Positions 14,943 to 26,949 of a stretch of DNA of 64,000 bases are shown here, in pieces. The first letter of the stretch is position 1; each line of letters opens with the position of its first letter. The position numbers were made by a program, and so were the translations under genes. Source of the stretch: Camelus ferus (lineage: Eukaryota). The stretch is from contig NC_045697.1 in assembly GCF_009834535.1 (NCBI RefSeq), positions 112,594,001-112,658,000 of the forward strand. The letters run 5' to 3'. The notes under the pieces are model-generated. The model saw nothing but the letters and a program-made list of their open reading frames with translations. It searched no databases and was not told the DNA's origin.

Positions 14943-15768
14943 TTTATTTTATTTTTTTTTGAAGTATAGTTGGTTTACAACGTTGTGTTAATTTCTGTTG
15001 TACAACATAGTGTTTCAGTTACATATGTTCCTTTTCATATTCTCTTTCATTATAGGTTGTTAGAAGATATTGAATATAGTTTCCTGTGCTATACAGTGGA
15101 AACATGTTATTTATTTTATATATGGTAGTTTGTATCTGCTAATCCCAAACACCTAATTCATCCCTCTTCTTCCCTTTCTGCTTTAGTAACCATAAGTTTG
15201 TTTTCTATGTCTGTGATTCTGTTTCTGTTTTGTAAATAAGTTCATTTGTGTCATTGTTTTAGATTCCACATATAAGTGATAGCATGATATTTGTCTTTCT
15301 CTCTCTGGCTTACTTCACTTAGTATGATAATCTCTAGGTCCATCCATGTTGCTGCAAATGGCATTATTTTATTATTTTTTATGACTGAGTAGTATTCCGT
15401 TGTATAAATATGCCACAACTTCTTTATCCAGTCATCTGTCGATGCATTTAGGTTGCTTCCATGTCTATTGTAAATAGTGCTGCTATGGACATTGGGTGTA
15501 TGTATCTTTTCAAATTAGAGGTTCCTCCAGATATATGCCCAAGAGAGAGATTGTTGAAAATAAGTTTACTTTTAGTTTTTAAAGGAATCTCCACACTGTT
15601 CTCCACAGTGGCTGTACCAAACTGCATTCCCACCAGCAGTGTAGGAGGGTTCCCTTTTCCCCACACCCTCTCCAGCATTTATTGTCTGTGGGCTTTTGGA
15701 TGATGGCCATTCTGACTGGTGTGAGGTGATACTTCATTGTAGTTTTGATTTGCTCTTCTCTGATAATT
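14943..15768 (-). mobile_element. 5'-truncated L1 (ORF2 C-terminus and 3' UTR)
   Basis: ORF 15579-15773 encodes [20 protein letters not shown]-rich tail at 14943-14960; degenerate TSD tttctgctttatctt / tttccacttaatctt. Confidence 0.93.
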
Positions 15769-16739
15769 TCCACTTAATCTTACTGTTTTTCTCTCTTGCT
15801 CTTTCCTCCTTTGTTCCCAGATTTCTGTTCTCTCTCCCTAGGAGCCTTCATTGCAGGACCAGCTTCAATCAGACATGCAGTTTTTCTTTCTCTTATTTGC
15901 CAGGACTTTACTATTCATTTTGTTATTATTACCTTTGGTTTTAGTTTTGGCCTGTGTATTCTCTAAAAGGATGAATTCTGTTCACTTAAATAGGCATATT
16001 TTTTCAAACTCTACTATTTCAAACTTTCTGCAGGCTTTTGCTTCTGTTCATGTCTCTTCACATCTCTACAGCAATATGCTTTGTAGGTGAGCATTCAGGA
16101 CAAGGATTCATTAAAGGCAGGGGAGGAAGAGTAAGAGTTGGTAATAGCATTAAAGACAAAATGACAGAGATGGTTAAGAACAAGTGCAAATACAGGCAAC
16201 TATTTCCAGAAATAGTGATTCTCTTCATCTACATTTTTGGCCTCTGTTAAGATCAATTTTATTCTTTTCATCTAATAGTTCCATTGAAGTTTAACTCATT
16301 TATCGGCATACCATCAAAGTGAGTGAAGTAGTATTTTTATGTGCTTTCCTTTTTTGATAGATTATCTGTTCCATCTATACAACTTGACTCTGTCCAAGAC
16401 TACGATGTCTCATGCATTTGCAATAAAAGCAGTCTTCTCTAAATTATTAAAAGTCACTTGGCTCATTGCCTCCTGTGGACAGTGTTCCACAGAGCTGACA
16501 TCAAGGTGAAGTTCCTTCTAACATCAAGGAGAAAGAGATTTATTTAGATCAATTTCTTGAAAATGCACTAGTAATAAACTGACATGCTCATATAACACAA
16601 ATAACGCTATAAATTAATGCATATTGTCATCATAAGGAATCACGTATCGTACTTAACCATCACAGTGTGAGCTATGGGAACTGTATGTTCCACCTGCAGT
16701 TGAGCCTTGAACAGCCAGGCAGCTCCAGGCTTAACATCC

Positions 16740-17295
16740 TCCCCTCCATCCACACTCCCCTAGACCTGGGGTCTCTGATTTTCGGTTTTCATACTCCCCA
16801 GCTCATTGTGCTCACCATTTTTTTTTTTTTAATGCTTTCATCACTTCTCTTTCTTGTTCAAGTTTCCATGGCATTTCCAAGCTGCTGCTGACGGCTCCAG
16901 TAACCGTGGACTTCTCGTTTATTCTGATTTTCTACCCTTCCTCCGTGTGGCAGTGTTCACAGCGCTGCACTTGGATTTGTCGGTGTCTTTACTCTTGTTT
17001 GTTCTACTGGGAATGTCTTCTCTCCTCTTCTACGCTTACCTGCATCCTGTACATCATTTTAAGTCCAACTCATGTCTTGTCTACATAAAGCCTTTTCGAG
17101 GTAACAGGCTCTCCCTGAGCAGTCATTTGTTTTCTTTCAACATAACATTTTGACCGAAATATCTGGCAATTAATCACGTACTCCTTTGTTCACTAACTCG
17201 TGTTGTTTCTGCAACTTGATAAATTTCACATAGGTAAGGAATTCAGGTTTTTGCCTCCTAAAGTCCTAAAATACTAGGCATGTAGCAAACTCTTA
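16740..17295 (+). mobile_element. Degenerate L2 fragment
   Basis: Pyrimidine-rich body ('ggaatgtcttctctcctc') ending 'aaaatactaggcatgtagcaaactc'. Confidence 0.5.
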
Positions 17296-17917
17296 GAAGA
17301 CTGCTCTTTCTCATGCTAATAAATGGACTCTCTGCTCTGTGTTGCTCTACAGTTAGCTTAACCTCAGAGAATTTGCTTCTTAATATGGAAAAAAATGTAG
17401 CAGATGATACTGTCTGATTTGATAGTAATATTGTTAATGAGCCATTGAAATATAAAATGCACCATGTCCTGCCATTTTACAACCCCGATGATTCGTTTCC
17501 AATGGTATTATATGTCTGATTCCTTTAATCTTGTAGCTAGGTTTTGGTTTTGTACCTTACGTAGATGAGTGATGTGCTGTAGCGGAGGATGCGATATGGC
17601 AAAGCAGAGTGGTGAGAAGGCAAAACCTATAACCAAAGGGAGGAGTGAGGGCTGGGGATGGTAGCAGGGACGTCTGCTCTGGGGAATACTACTGCTTACC
17701 TTTAGAATTCTGCTAATAATCAGCAGAAATAGAAATGGTTAAAATCATATGCTAATTTTCCCTCTAAGAAGCTACAATAACTACAAAGCTGTTTTCAGTA
17801 CCCATGTATGAAATAGAAAAATACGGTGAAGAATTATGAACCAGAGGTAATTCTGCATACAGAGAAGGTCACTAAATTACCTAAAAAGTCAGGTGTACTA
17901 GACAGTAGACGGTACCT

Positions 17918-18354
17918 TGCTACTTTCCTATTTCTAATGTAAAAAATTACCAAAAATTCTGTGGCTTACACTGCAAACCTATTCTTTTACAGTCTTTATG
18001 TCAGAAATGTAAAATTAGTCTATAAGGCTGTGTTTCTTCAGGAGACTTAAGGAGAGAACCCATTTCTTTGCCTTTTCTGGCTTCTAGAAGCTGCGAGCAT
18101 GTCTTGGCTTCTGCCAACCCGCCACTCTGACCTCTGTGTCCATTGTCACATCTTCTCTGACTAGGACACTCCTGCTTTCTTCTTAGAAGGACCCTGTGAT
18201 TATATTGGGATCCTCCAGATAATCCAAGATAATCTCCCCATCTTAAGTTCCTTAGTCATAACTCCAAAACGCTCTTTGCCATCTAAGGTAAGATATTCAC
18301 AATGTTTGGGGATTTGGACAGGACATCTAAAGGGGACATTATTCTGGCCACCAG
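17918..18354 (-). mobile_element. MaLR solo LTR (MLT1C-E-like)
   Basis: 'ttctttgccttttctggcttctagaagctg', 'ccagataatccaagataatctccccatcttaag', 'ggggacattattctggccacca'. Confidence 0.85.
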
Positions 18355-18399
18355 AGCTGTGAGGGTATCAGGACCATAACTTATCAACTTCCTACTCTA

Positions 18400-18862
18400 A
18401 GTATCTGGAAAAGCATCACACAAAAAGTTTAAACCTGCAGTTTTCAGACCATATTGTTAGTAAGTTATTATCATATAAAATGATAATATTTCTCTAGGTG
18501 AATTTGATTGAGAATTTTCTCCAGGTGAATTTGATTGAGAATTTTCACACTTCTGATGTGTTGTTCCACATTTATATCATCTCCTTGTACACGTGCTGTT
18601 GCAGAAATTTTCAAATATTCACTGTTTGCTGCATATGCTGTTTTCATTCGTATTTCACAAACTTGTTTGAAAGGCAAATGCTGTCTACATTTAAACAATT
18701 CTGTAAATAGGTATTTAAATACAGATCTATAATATATTTATAGAATTTGGTAGAATTCTCTTAATGGTATAGAGATAACATCTCAACAAAATGTCTCAGT
18801 GACATTTAAGGGACATTTTAATAAATAATGCAAATCCATCCCATGGAAAATAGATCATGGAA
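18400..18862 (-). mobile_element. Possible hAT-Blackjack DNA transposon relic (terminus and transposase N-terminus)
   Basis: Degenerate GGGAC/GTCCC-type subterminal region at 18790-18860; minus ORF 18471-18698 loosely resembles an N-terminal zinc-finger segment. Confidence 0.35.
18489..18546 (+). repeat. 27-bp tandem duplication (2.1 copies, 1 mismatch)
   Basis: tttctctaggtgaatttgattgagaat / tttctccaggtgaatttgattgagaat / tttc. Confidence 0.95.
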
Positions 18863-20912
18863 AATGTAATCATTTTAATTACTGAGAGGGATGATTAAAA
18901 TGCTACTGTGACTTGAAAAAGCATGGTCACAATTAGAGTTAGCCAGATTATCTGAAAATAAATTAACATTGTCCACTTGTGCATGGCATAATCTGAAGCC
19001 TTTTGGGGAACACAAAAATTCTGTAAGCATGACCTTTTCTACTAATCTATTTGGGGAGATAAGGTAAATATTCATGTCAATTAAATTTCCCTAGAAATTG
19101 GGAGATGAGCTGGATCGTCTTGGATTGAAGGAATCAGGAAACTTTTCTAGAGGAAACTGTTTTAAATTGAGGCGTTGGACAGGTGGAAGTGACATGATGG
19201 ACCAAGACGTGGCATTGGTCAGAGAGAACAGTATGAAGAGAGGGCCGGGGTGTCGTGGACTCTATTTGGGGTAGATAAAGTGAGGTCAGACTAAAACGTT
19301 CTTTAAGAGCAAGTAGAAGAGTTTAGCCTTAATAACACAAGACATTTAAAAATCAATCAAACAAAACCTTAGAACATAAGGTCTCCTCACCCCACGTGCA
19401 CATGAGAGAAAATATTCAATGATGAGGATTTTTGTTTATTTTCTTGTTCAGAAGGATGCTTGATATTATTTATTGAACTGTATTGAATGAATGAATGAAT
19501 GACTTAAATTCATCTTCTATGTAGTATTTTTGTAAAGCATCAACTTTAACATTTTAGTATCAATGATATAATATCAATTTGATGCTATGTGGGATTAGGT
19601 TTTCCCTTTTTCCCTAAATGCACTAAATGTACAGGATGAGGGGCTGGGTTTCATATTTTCCACACCAGAGACCTAAGAACGAGAGAAGCTGTGAGCCACT
19701 GAGTTGTCCACCCAGCATTTGAAAGAGGACTTTGGGCTGTTCTTTAAAGCCCACCCATCCTAAAGCTCTTCAAGGCGGAAACCTTTTCCTGAAAAAACCC
19801 TGTTCCTTAAACTAAGAATCGGGGTATTCTAACAATTTTCCATGATACACTGGTGAATTCATCCCTTTTTTCTTTATTTTATCTTTTGAAATATCACAGT
19901 GACTGAATAACTGAATTAGGTGTTCACAGGGAAAGTACAATTTTCAATTAAATTTGTATGCAAAATATTAAGTTGCCAATAATAAGCTAGTTTATAGAGC
20001 TCATGAAACTTGCAACTGATGTAAGAATCTGTAATTGTAGCATTGTGGGGGCTGAGTTCAGTAATTCAGGCTTTTGGTGTTTGGTTTTTTTTTTTTTTTT
20101 GGTAACTTAACAACTAGACAAATTAATTTAGAAGCATTATTACTGATGATCTTTGATGCCATTTGAAAATTATCCTACTTACACCTTCCCACCATAATGA
20201 AGCTCAGACAGATGGGTGATCATAGATATTATATTTATCATAAAATGTTTCATTTCATATGACAGCAGAAAGTTTTTGCTACCTCATTTTCTCCTTGTAG
20301 CACCTACTGTCCAATTAATGACCTAAAATAACTCATAAGTTTTCATGAAAAAGAATCTCAGAAATAAGAAAAAAAAAGATATGTCTGGTCTACAACCAGG
20401 AGTTCAAAGAAAATTAAGAGAAAAGCAGAGATTTCTGTAAAGATGGAGATAACAGATAACACATTATTACCTTGAGACCTTTGGACATAAAGGCTAATAT
20501 AGGAGTTATAGGGGCATGTCATATACCCAAGACTCAGCCTTTGGGGGTGTCGTTCATGTGTGTAAGACAGTATCATTTTGTATTTTATTTGGGCTTCTGG
20601 AATTGTGCCATAAATAAGTTGGTTTACAGAGGTGGAAGGGTGAGCCAGTGCCCTGTGCTTGGAGTCCCGTGGATGTGATAGTTAATCGACACAGGTGACG
20701 TCATGATTCTTGTCTTGCAACTGTGTCTAATCACTTTAGATTAATACCAATCCTTGCAAGATTCCATCACCTGAATTGTCATGGATGGCTGTGGACACTG
20801 GGTGGAATGGAAGAGTCTCACCAGATCTCTGGTCAAAGGACTGGTGTTCTAATTACGTCTCTGCCTCTAGGTAATGTGTCTTTGAGCAAGCTGGGAATTG
20901 CCTCAGTTGACC

Positions 20913-21325
20913 AGTATTACGAGTTGAACTTTCTGGAGCTGGTGTTAAAGGGAGTTTAGAGTTCAAGATGTTTCTTAGATCTCAACACGTGGGAAAGAAA
21001 GTGAGAGGAAGCAAGTTGAGTTGAGGAAGAATTTGAACTGTGGTGCGGACCCAACACAGCTTTGGCCTCCTGGGCTGAGAGCTCAGGGGAGGATGTTGCA
21101 GGTCAGGGTGCCCCAGGACCAACTGGAATCACAGGGCCTTTTCCCCCTGCCTGGCTTACTCAGTACCTGGTGTGAACTGCCTCTGAATGGGCGTGCCATC
21201 CCCAAGGTGACTTTCTGCTGCTGAAGCAGACCCTGAAGGAGGTGACAGCTGGAGATTCTACAGACCGCACTCACCCAGACACGTACACCCATCCCCGAAG
21301 GGCAGTGTACATCCGTGTCCACCGC
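20913..21325 (-). mobile_element. ERVL solo LTR (LTR16-like), inside a MIR
   Basis: 'tcaacacgtgggaaagaaagtgagaggaagcaagttgagttgaggaagaatttgaactgtggtgc' and 'ggtgactttctgctgctgaagcagaccctgaagg' resemble antisense LTR16A/C. Confidence 0.65.
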
Positions 21326-21774
21326 CCTGCGCTAGCAAATGCAGATTGTGGTGAAGGATTGCAGTGAAGGCATTTTAGATGAATAGTGGTGGATGAATCT
21401 TAAGATGAATATAGATGTAACATCCTGTAAAGCACAGCTCACCTTTAGTCAAGTGTTCTACTATCTCCTGGCACTGAAGCCTAGCTCAGGCAGTGAGATA
21501 CGTCTCCCCTCAAACTTGAATTTGAGGAGGTGTGACCAGAGTAGGCAGGAAATGCATGAGGCTGGTTCATCAAGGGGGCAGCTGCCTGAAGAGATGCGTG
21601 CAAGCCTCAGTGCTTTCCTGGCTCTCAAGATCTAAGTCTTAACATGCTGCTTTGATTTTGTGAGCTATGTAATAATATTCCAATAAATTCCTTATTTAGT
21701 TTCTCTTAGTTGGCAAGAATTGGTTTGGGTTGCTTATAAAGTGGCCCTCTACAGAGGGTACACAGACTAATCCA

Positions 21775-22070
21775 GATAATAATTATAATAATATAATTAT
21801 TATATCAATAATTGTATGTAATATTATTAATAATTAATAGTATTAATAACATCAGAATTATTATTAACATATTTAAAAATAATATGTATAATATTACTGG
21901 TATGTAATTATGAATATAATATGATAATTATAATTGTATTTATTAAAATTATTATTAATAATATGATAATATTATTAGTAATAATATGTTATATAATAAT
22001 TAGTCATATAATTATTAATAATTATATAATATAATTTTATTATTATTATAATTATTATTATGATGAATTA
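21775..22070. repeat. About 300-bp almost pure A/T low-complexity tract (TAA/TAT units)
   Basis: Seen directly; very few G or C. Confidence 0.95.
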
Positions 22071-23149
22071 TGAGCTGCCTTCTGAGACAAGAATGCTGAA
22101 GGAACCAGTATATCCATTTTGTTCTTTTTTTGGGGGGAAGGAAAGTCTCCACCACATAAACACAGTTCCACACTGGCAAGGTGGCAACAGTGGATGGTGT
22201 AGAATCCAAAGGAATGAATGAATGAAAACAAGGAGAAAGCTAATTTGAGAGGAAATACTTCCAATCTGTTATAAAGGAGAGTTTTCTATCAAACAAAACT
22301 TTCCAGAATAGATCTGGGGAGGTGAAGAAGTGCTCCCCTGATGGTCCCCACCGGGAGGGGAAAACAGAGGAGAAGGTGTCTGGCTTGCAAGGCTGTTGGT
22401 GGGGATGGATTTCCCTTCAATTTCCCCAAAGCCACGTATCCATTGTCATTGTCCACTTCCGCGTCCGGATGTGAATGTTTATGTCTCTCTGCCCAGGTAA
22501 TAACGCGCCTGTTCCACCAGCTCAGGCTCTTGGGAGCGCTGCTTGTCAGCATGAGCAGCACAAGGTCAGGGAGCTGCCCAAGAGGCTTACAGGACAATCA
22601 TCTTACAGCGTTGATGTGAGTCTTAACAGGAGTTACAACTAGAGAAACACTGGCTTAGCCAGGAGGGCAGGTTTCCAGAACTCCTGCGTATGAAGGGGGT
22701 TGTTAAAACCCCTGGCTAATTTTTTTGCTTTTATTGCTTCACACGACTGCACTTTGAGAATGATTCCAAATTGGCCACAGTGACCCTGACCACCTTGCCA
22801 GAGCGATGATGACAGAGCGTTGCAGTTTAACCAATATGTCACAAAATCAGGCTGTGACTTATGAAAGACAGAGTAGAAGGTGACAGAAAATAAATATTTT
22901 AACATGCTGTTTTGTTGTTCACGATGCCAAATACAGTAATTTTCTGGAAAGAGTATTTCTAGTGTAACCACTACTTTACAGCGAATTTCATGTATTGTAT
23001 ATATGACTTTGACCGAAAAGTAAACACAGAAGAAAGTTCTTTGGCTTAAGAAATATAATATGGAAAGAGGTAGACAGGTTTTACTTTATTTAATTTCTCT
23101 GAGGTATTTCTGAGTATAAGTTAACACCTTTTAAAATTGAATCGTAAAT

Positions 23150-23315
23150 GTAAATAGTAATTTAAAAACTTTCACGGCGTTTGCTATATGCCAAGCACTA
23201 TTTTACGTGCTTTGCATTTACTTAATCCTTTCATCGCCACAACAGCTCTGTGACATAAATTATCTCCTGTCCACAAATGAGAAAACTGAGGCACTTCAGT
23301 AAATAACAACTCAGG
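23150..23315 (-). mobile_element. MIR
   Basis: 'tatatgccaagcactattttacgtgctttgc...acaaatgagaaaactgaggcac'. Confidence 0.8.
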
Positions 23316-23958
23316 GAGCAACCAGAAAACGGAGGAATGTCTGAAAAATCAGTGGTAGGGGGAAGTCTGCCCAATGGGCAGAACTTGGAGGAGTATATTT
23401 TGTTGTCGGCTTAGTCTGGATTGGGAAATCCCCCAAAAGTGTGACACACGGGGACTAAGCAGCAGGACCATGACTGGAGAGCAGGGAGGGTCCCCTATCA
23501 TTCAAGCCTGTGTCCTTCGCTGCGCAAAGAACTCCTTCTGATCAGATGGTTGTGCTTCCTGACTGCTGGGTTGATTCCTGCCCGGACCATGGCTGATGCT
23601 CCTTCACTCTCTGGGTCTCGTGGACTAGCCTTTTCCTCCCTTTAATTGATTCATCTCCATTCAGCACCCAGCTCAACCATACCTCCTCTGCAAAGCCTGT
23701 CTTGACAACCATCTTGAAGACTGTGTTTGCTCTGCTTCTCAATCTCACACTCAGTGCCCAGTCTGACCACCACCTCAGCTCAGTGTCAACCCGCTGAGCT
23801 GCAGAAATCAGTACAGCTTCCCAGGGGAGCCAACCAGCCACCTTGCTGTTGAATGATCCCACTGAACACCTTCCAACGGGAGGAGGCAGTGATCTGCTCT
23901 CACAGGAATGGAATTGTATTCTAGATATACATTTGCCTTCCCTGATCAAAATGCTTTT

Positions 23959-24135
23959 TTAAAAAAAAAAAAACTGAATCGCTTAATGAATGTATTCATA
24001 TAAATGCATTTTTTTGAGAGAGGCAGGTAATTATGTATATTAAATTAATTTATTTTCAGTGGAGGTGCTGGGAATTGAACCCAGGACCTTGTGCATGCTA
24101 GGCATGCACTCTACCACTGAGCTATGCCCTCCCCC
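23959..24135 (-). mobile_element. tRNA-Ala-derived SINE (camelid Vic-1 type) with TSD
   Basis: Reverse complement GGGGGAGGGCATAGCTCAGTGGTAGAGTGCATGCCTAGCATGCACAAGGTCCTGGGTTCAATTCCCAGCACCTCCA (A and B boxes) plus AT-rich tail; TSD atcaaaatgctttt (23945-23958) / accaaaatgccttt (24136-24149). Confidence 0.9.
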
Positions 24136-24604
24136 ACCAAAATGCCTTTCCTAGCACCAACATCTATGGTCTTATTTACCTTCATTTTATTCCTAGAACA
24201 TTGCCTAGGATGAAAATACTCATTTTGCACAAAAAGAAGTGTGCCGGTGGGCTCGTGCCTGTGAAATCATCTGGTCTTATTCACGCACTCCTTCAGTGCA
24301 AAGCAGGTGGCCTGACTGAATAGTGGAATGGCCTATTGGAAACTGAATTACAGTGCAGTTTAGAGATTATATCCTTGAAATAGTGAGGGTTTATTGTATA
24401 GGACGGAGAATAGGTTTTAAATTGGCGGCTAGTATATGGTGTCATTTTTTCCTACAGCTATAACCTAGGGGCCTGGGAGTCAACAGGTGGAGGATGGAGT
24501 GGTATCACTCACTATTTCACTTGCTAACCCATTTGCAGAATTTTTGCACTTCTTTCCAATAACTTAGACATGGCTGGTTTGAATTTCCTAAGGGAAAATG
24601 CATT

Positions 24605-24617
24605 CACCAGGGGGCGC
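24605..24617 (+). promoter_or_regulatory. Candidate CTCF core motif CACCAGGGGGCGC
   Basis: Matches the CCACCAGGGGGCGC consensus at 13 of 14 positions; CpG retained. Binding not demonstrated. Confidence 0.5.
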
Positions 24618-24940
24618 AGCAATGGTTCCATTGAATCATTGGCCATTTGGGGCTTCTCCTGCCATGAACAGACAGGCAGTTTCTTGCTCTGGCTGACATG
24701 ATCAATCCTGAAGACAAAGAAGAAATTGGGTCACTGTCGCTAATGGGAGCTGGAGGAATACGTCAGCAAGCCCGAAGTATGACCTCCGATGCCTCCAAGG
24801 CACAAGCTAGTGGGAAATTATAGCATTTGTACACAAGACCACTGAGGACTCCGATTTTTCAGGCATGAAAGTTTAGGTTGACCTACATGTTGCCAATGAC
24901 AAAGAGTCTACAGACTTGATAGTAGAATAAAGAAGTTATG

Positions 24941-25050
24941 TGAAATAGAATATGAAAATGAATATTACGTATGTATATGCATGACTGGGACATTGTGCTG
25001 TATACCAGAAACTGACACGTTGTAACTGACCGTACTTCAGTTTAAAAAAA
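24941..25050 (+). mobile_element. Short L1 3' tail inserted in the ERVL
   Basis: 'gaatattacgtatgtatatgcatgactgggacattgtgctgtataccagaaactgacac...cttcagtttaaaaaaa'. Confidence 0.85.
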
Positions 25051-25910
25051 GAAATGTTACAAAAACCAGTTACAGCTTCATGACCAGTTCAAAATGAGAA
25101 CGCCACTTAGCAACTATTAATGCAAGTAATATGTATATTTTATGACCTGTTTGTCTATGTGAGTAAGCACCCATGTGTACATATGTTTGTATAGATGTAT
25201 CCACTTATTCCTTTTTCTTCCCCCTCATTTTATTTATTATGTGATATAAAACTTCATGCTTGTGGTTTACTTCAAAACTCCACCTGTAGGTTACAGAAAA
25301 TTCTGGTGGCACTGAAATAGTGAGTGAAATAGAGCAGGAAGGGAAATCTCTAGAGAGGTATAAACTACTGTCTCCAGAGACGGAAGTGTGATGGTTTGGA
25401 TTTTTGAGAGAAGCTGAGGGTTCTTTCATTTGTATGAAATACATTTGCGACTTGTTATATGGAAGCATTGCATTAGTACTGTTTTGACTGGGGACGGACT
25501 GTACTCCAAACCCTCTCTTATGCACTCTGCTTGGAGATGCCGGGTATGAGATTCTGAAAGCTTCATTTTCCTTTGTCAGCTGATCCCGTTTGAGCTCACC
25601 CAGTCGAGGGCCCTGGAGGGAGGGGGAAAGGCAGGAAGAAGAAACTTGTCAGTATCCTCTTAGCCAACGGTGTTTCACTAAGCAGCAGCTGGCTTGCATC
25701 TCAAGCTTCTTTGGTCGTTTCCAGGACCCACTTAACATCCCCACTCAGCGACCCCTGGAGCAGGTGGGTAGCACCTGCTCCCCGGAGGTCGCAGCCTGTC
25801 ACACAGGGCTCACCCTCTGAGGGGCAGTGCCATCACTGGCCTCCTCAGAGATTTAAGAGTGAGTTCCTAGTGCCCCTCTCTGAGCTCCTGAGGTTCGTAG
25901 ATCAGCCAGA

Positions 25911-26949
25911 TGTATTCATGAGGGTGCTCCTGAGAAACAGAACCAACAGGATGTGTATACATACACAGAGAGGTTTATTTTAAGGAATTGCTTCATGTAA
26001 TTATGGGGACTTGGCAAATCCACAGTCTGATGGGGTGAACTGACCATCTGCAGACTCAGAGAAGAGTTGCAGTTTGAGTCCAGAGGAAGTCCACTGGAAG
26101 AATTCTTTCTCCTCACCGAGGTCAATCTTGGTTCTATTAAGGCCTTCAACTGATTGGATGAGGCTCACCCATCCTGTGGAGGGCAATTGGCTTTACTCAG
26201 AATCCATCAATTTACATGTTAATCTCATCCAAAAAACACTGTCTTAGCTTGGGTGCTATCACAAACAAAACAAAACAAACAGAAAAACAAACAAACAAAA
26301 AAATAGACTTTGTGTCTTAAACACCAAACACCAGACATTTATTTTCTTATGGTTCTGGAAGGCTGGAAGTGTAAGATCAAGGTTCTGCTGATTCGGTTTC
26401 TGGTGGGAGCTCTCTTCCTGGCTTTCAGATGGCCACCTTCTCTCTGTGTCCTCATATGGCAGAGGGAATGACAGATTTCCTTCTGCTCCTTTTCTTATAA
26501 AGCCACCAATTCTATTGGATTAGGGCCCCAACCTTATGACCTCATTTAACCTTAATTACCTCTTAAAGACTCTGCAGGTAGAGGGTTTGGGGGTTAGAGT
26601 TTCAACAGATGAATTTGGGGGAAACACAATTCAGTTCATAACATTCCCTGGTCCCCTGAAATCTGTGTCCTTATTGCATGTGAACTACATTCATTCCATC
26701 CCAACAGTTCGCAAAGTCTGAACTCATTCTGGTATCAACTCTAAAGTTTAAAGTTCAGAGTCTCATTTAAATATCATCTAAATCAGGTATGGGTGAGACT
26801 CAAGGTAGGCAAGCTATGTGCTTCCCAAATTTGATGATGGGACAAGCATAGGATAGACAAACATTTCCCAAAGACATCCAGAATAATGTTTGGCCAGATA
26901 TCTATGCACCATGGCCCAGTCAAGTTGACATATGAAATCAATTGTGACA
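25911..26949 (-). mobile_element. MLT2 (MLT2B-like) LTR nested in the ERVL LTR
   Basis: 'gagaaacagaaccaacaggatgtg', 'ggccttcaactgattggatgaggctcaccca', 'ggcccagtcaagttgacata...tgtgaca'. Confidence 0.9.
26240..26860 (-). mobile_element. MLT1A/MST-like LTR (26240-26643) plus adjoining MaLR internal fragment, nested in the MLT2
   Basis: 'ggttctggaaggctggaagtgtaagatcaagg', 'atgacctcatttaaccttaattacctc', then MaLR-int 'acattcattccatcccaacag...aatcaggtatgggtgagactcaagg'. Confidence 0.85.

Larger units (their letters stand above)
23780..25499 (+). mobile_element. ERVL internal fossil: integrase core, dUTPase-like region and 3' leader to the PPT; interrupted by a SINE and an L1 tail
   Basis: My translations: QGSQPATLLLNDPTEHLP (~23822), LTGMELYSRYTFAFP (23899), KEVCRWARACEIIWSY (~24234), KAGGLTE*WNGLLETELQC (24300), SPGGAAMVPLN (24604), GHLGLLLP (24641), LADMINPEDKEEIG (24689). 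These are collinear with ERVL pol motifs GDQPATWWQVDYIGPLP, LTGIDTYSGYGFAFP, EAAGLIERWNGLLK and GVIDPDYQGEI as I recall them. Confidence 0.9.

Noticed and set aside
22804..22900. ATGATGA as a C/D snoRNA C box
   Set aside because: No CTGA D box or terminal stem at a suitable distance.
24058..24135. tRNA-Ala gene
   Set aside because: Has substitutions relative to tRNA-Ala, an AT-rich tail and a TSD, so it is a SINE head.
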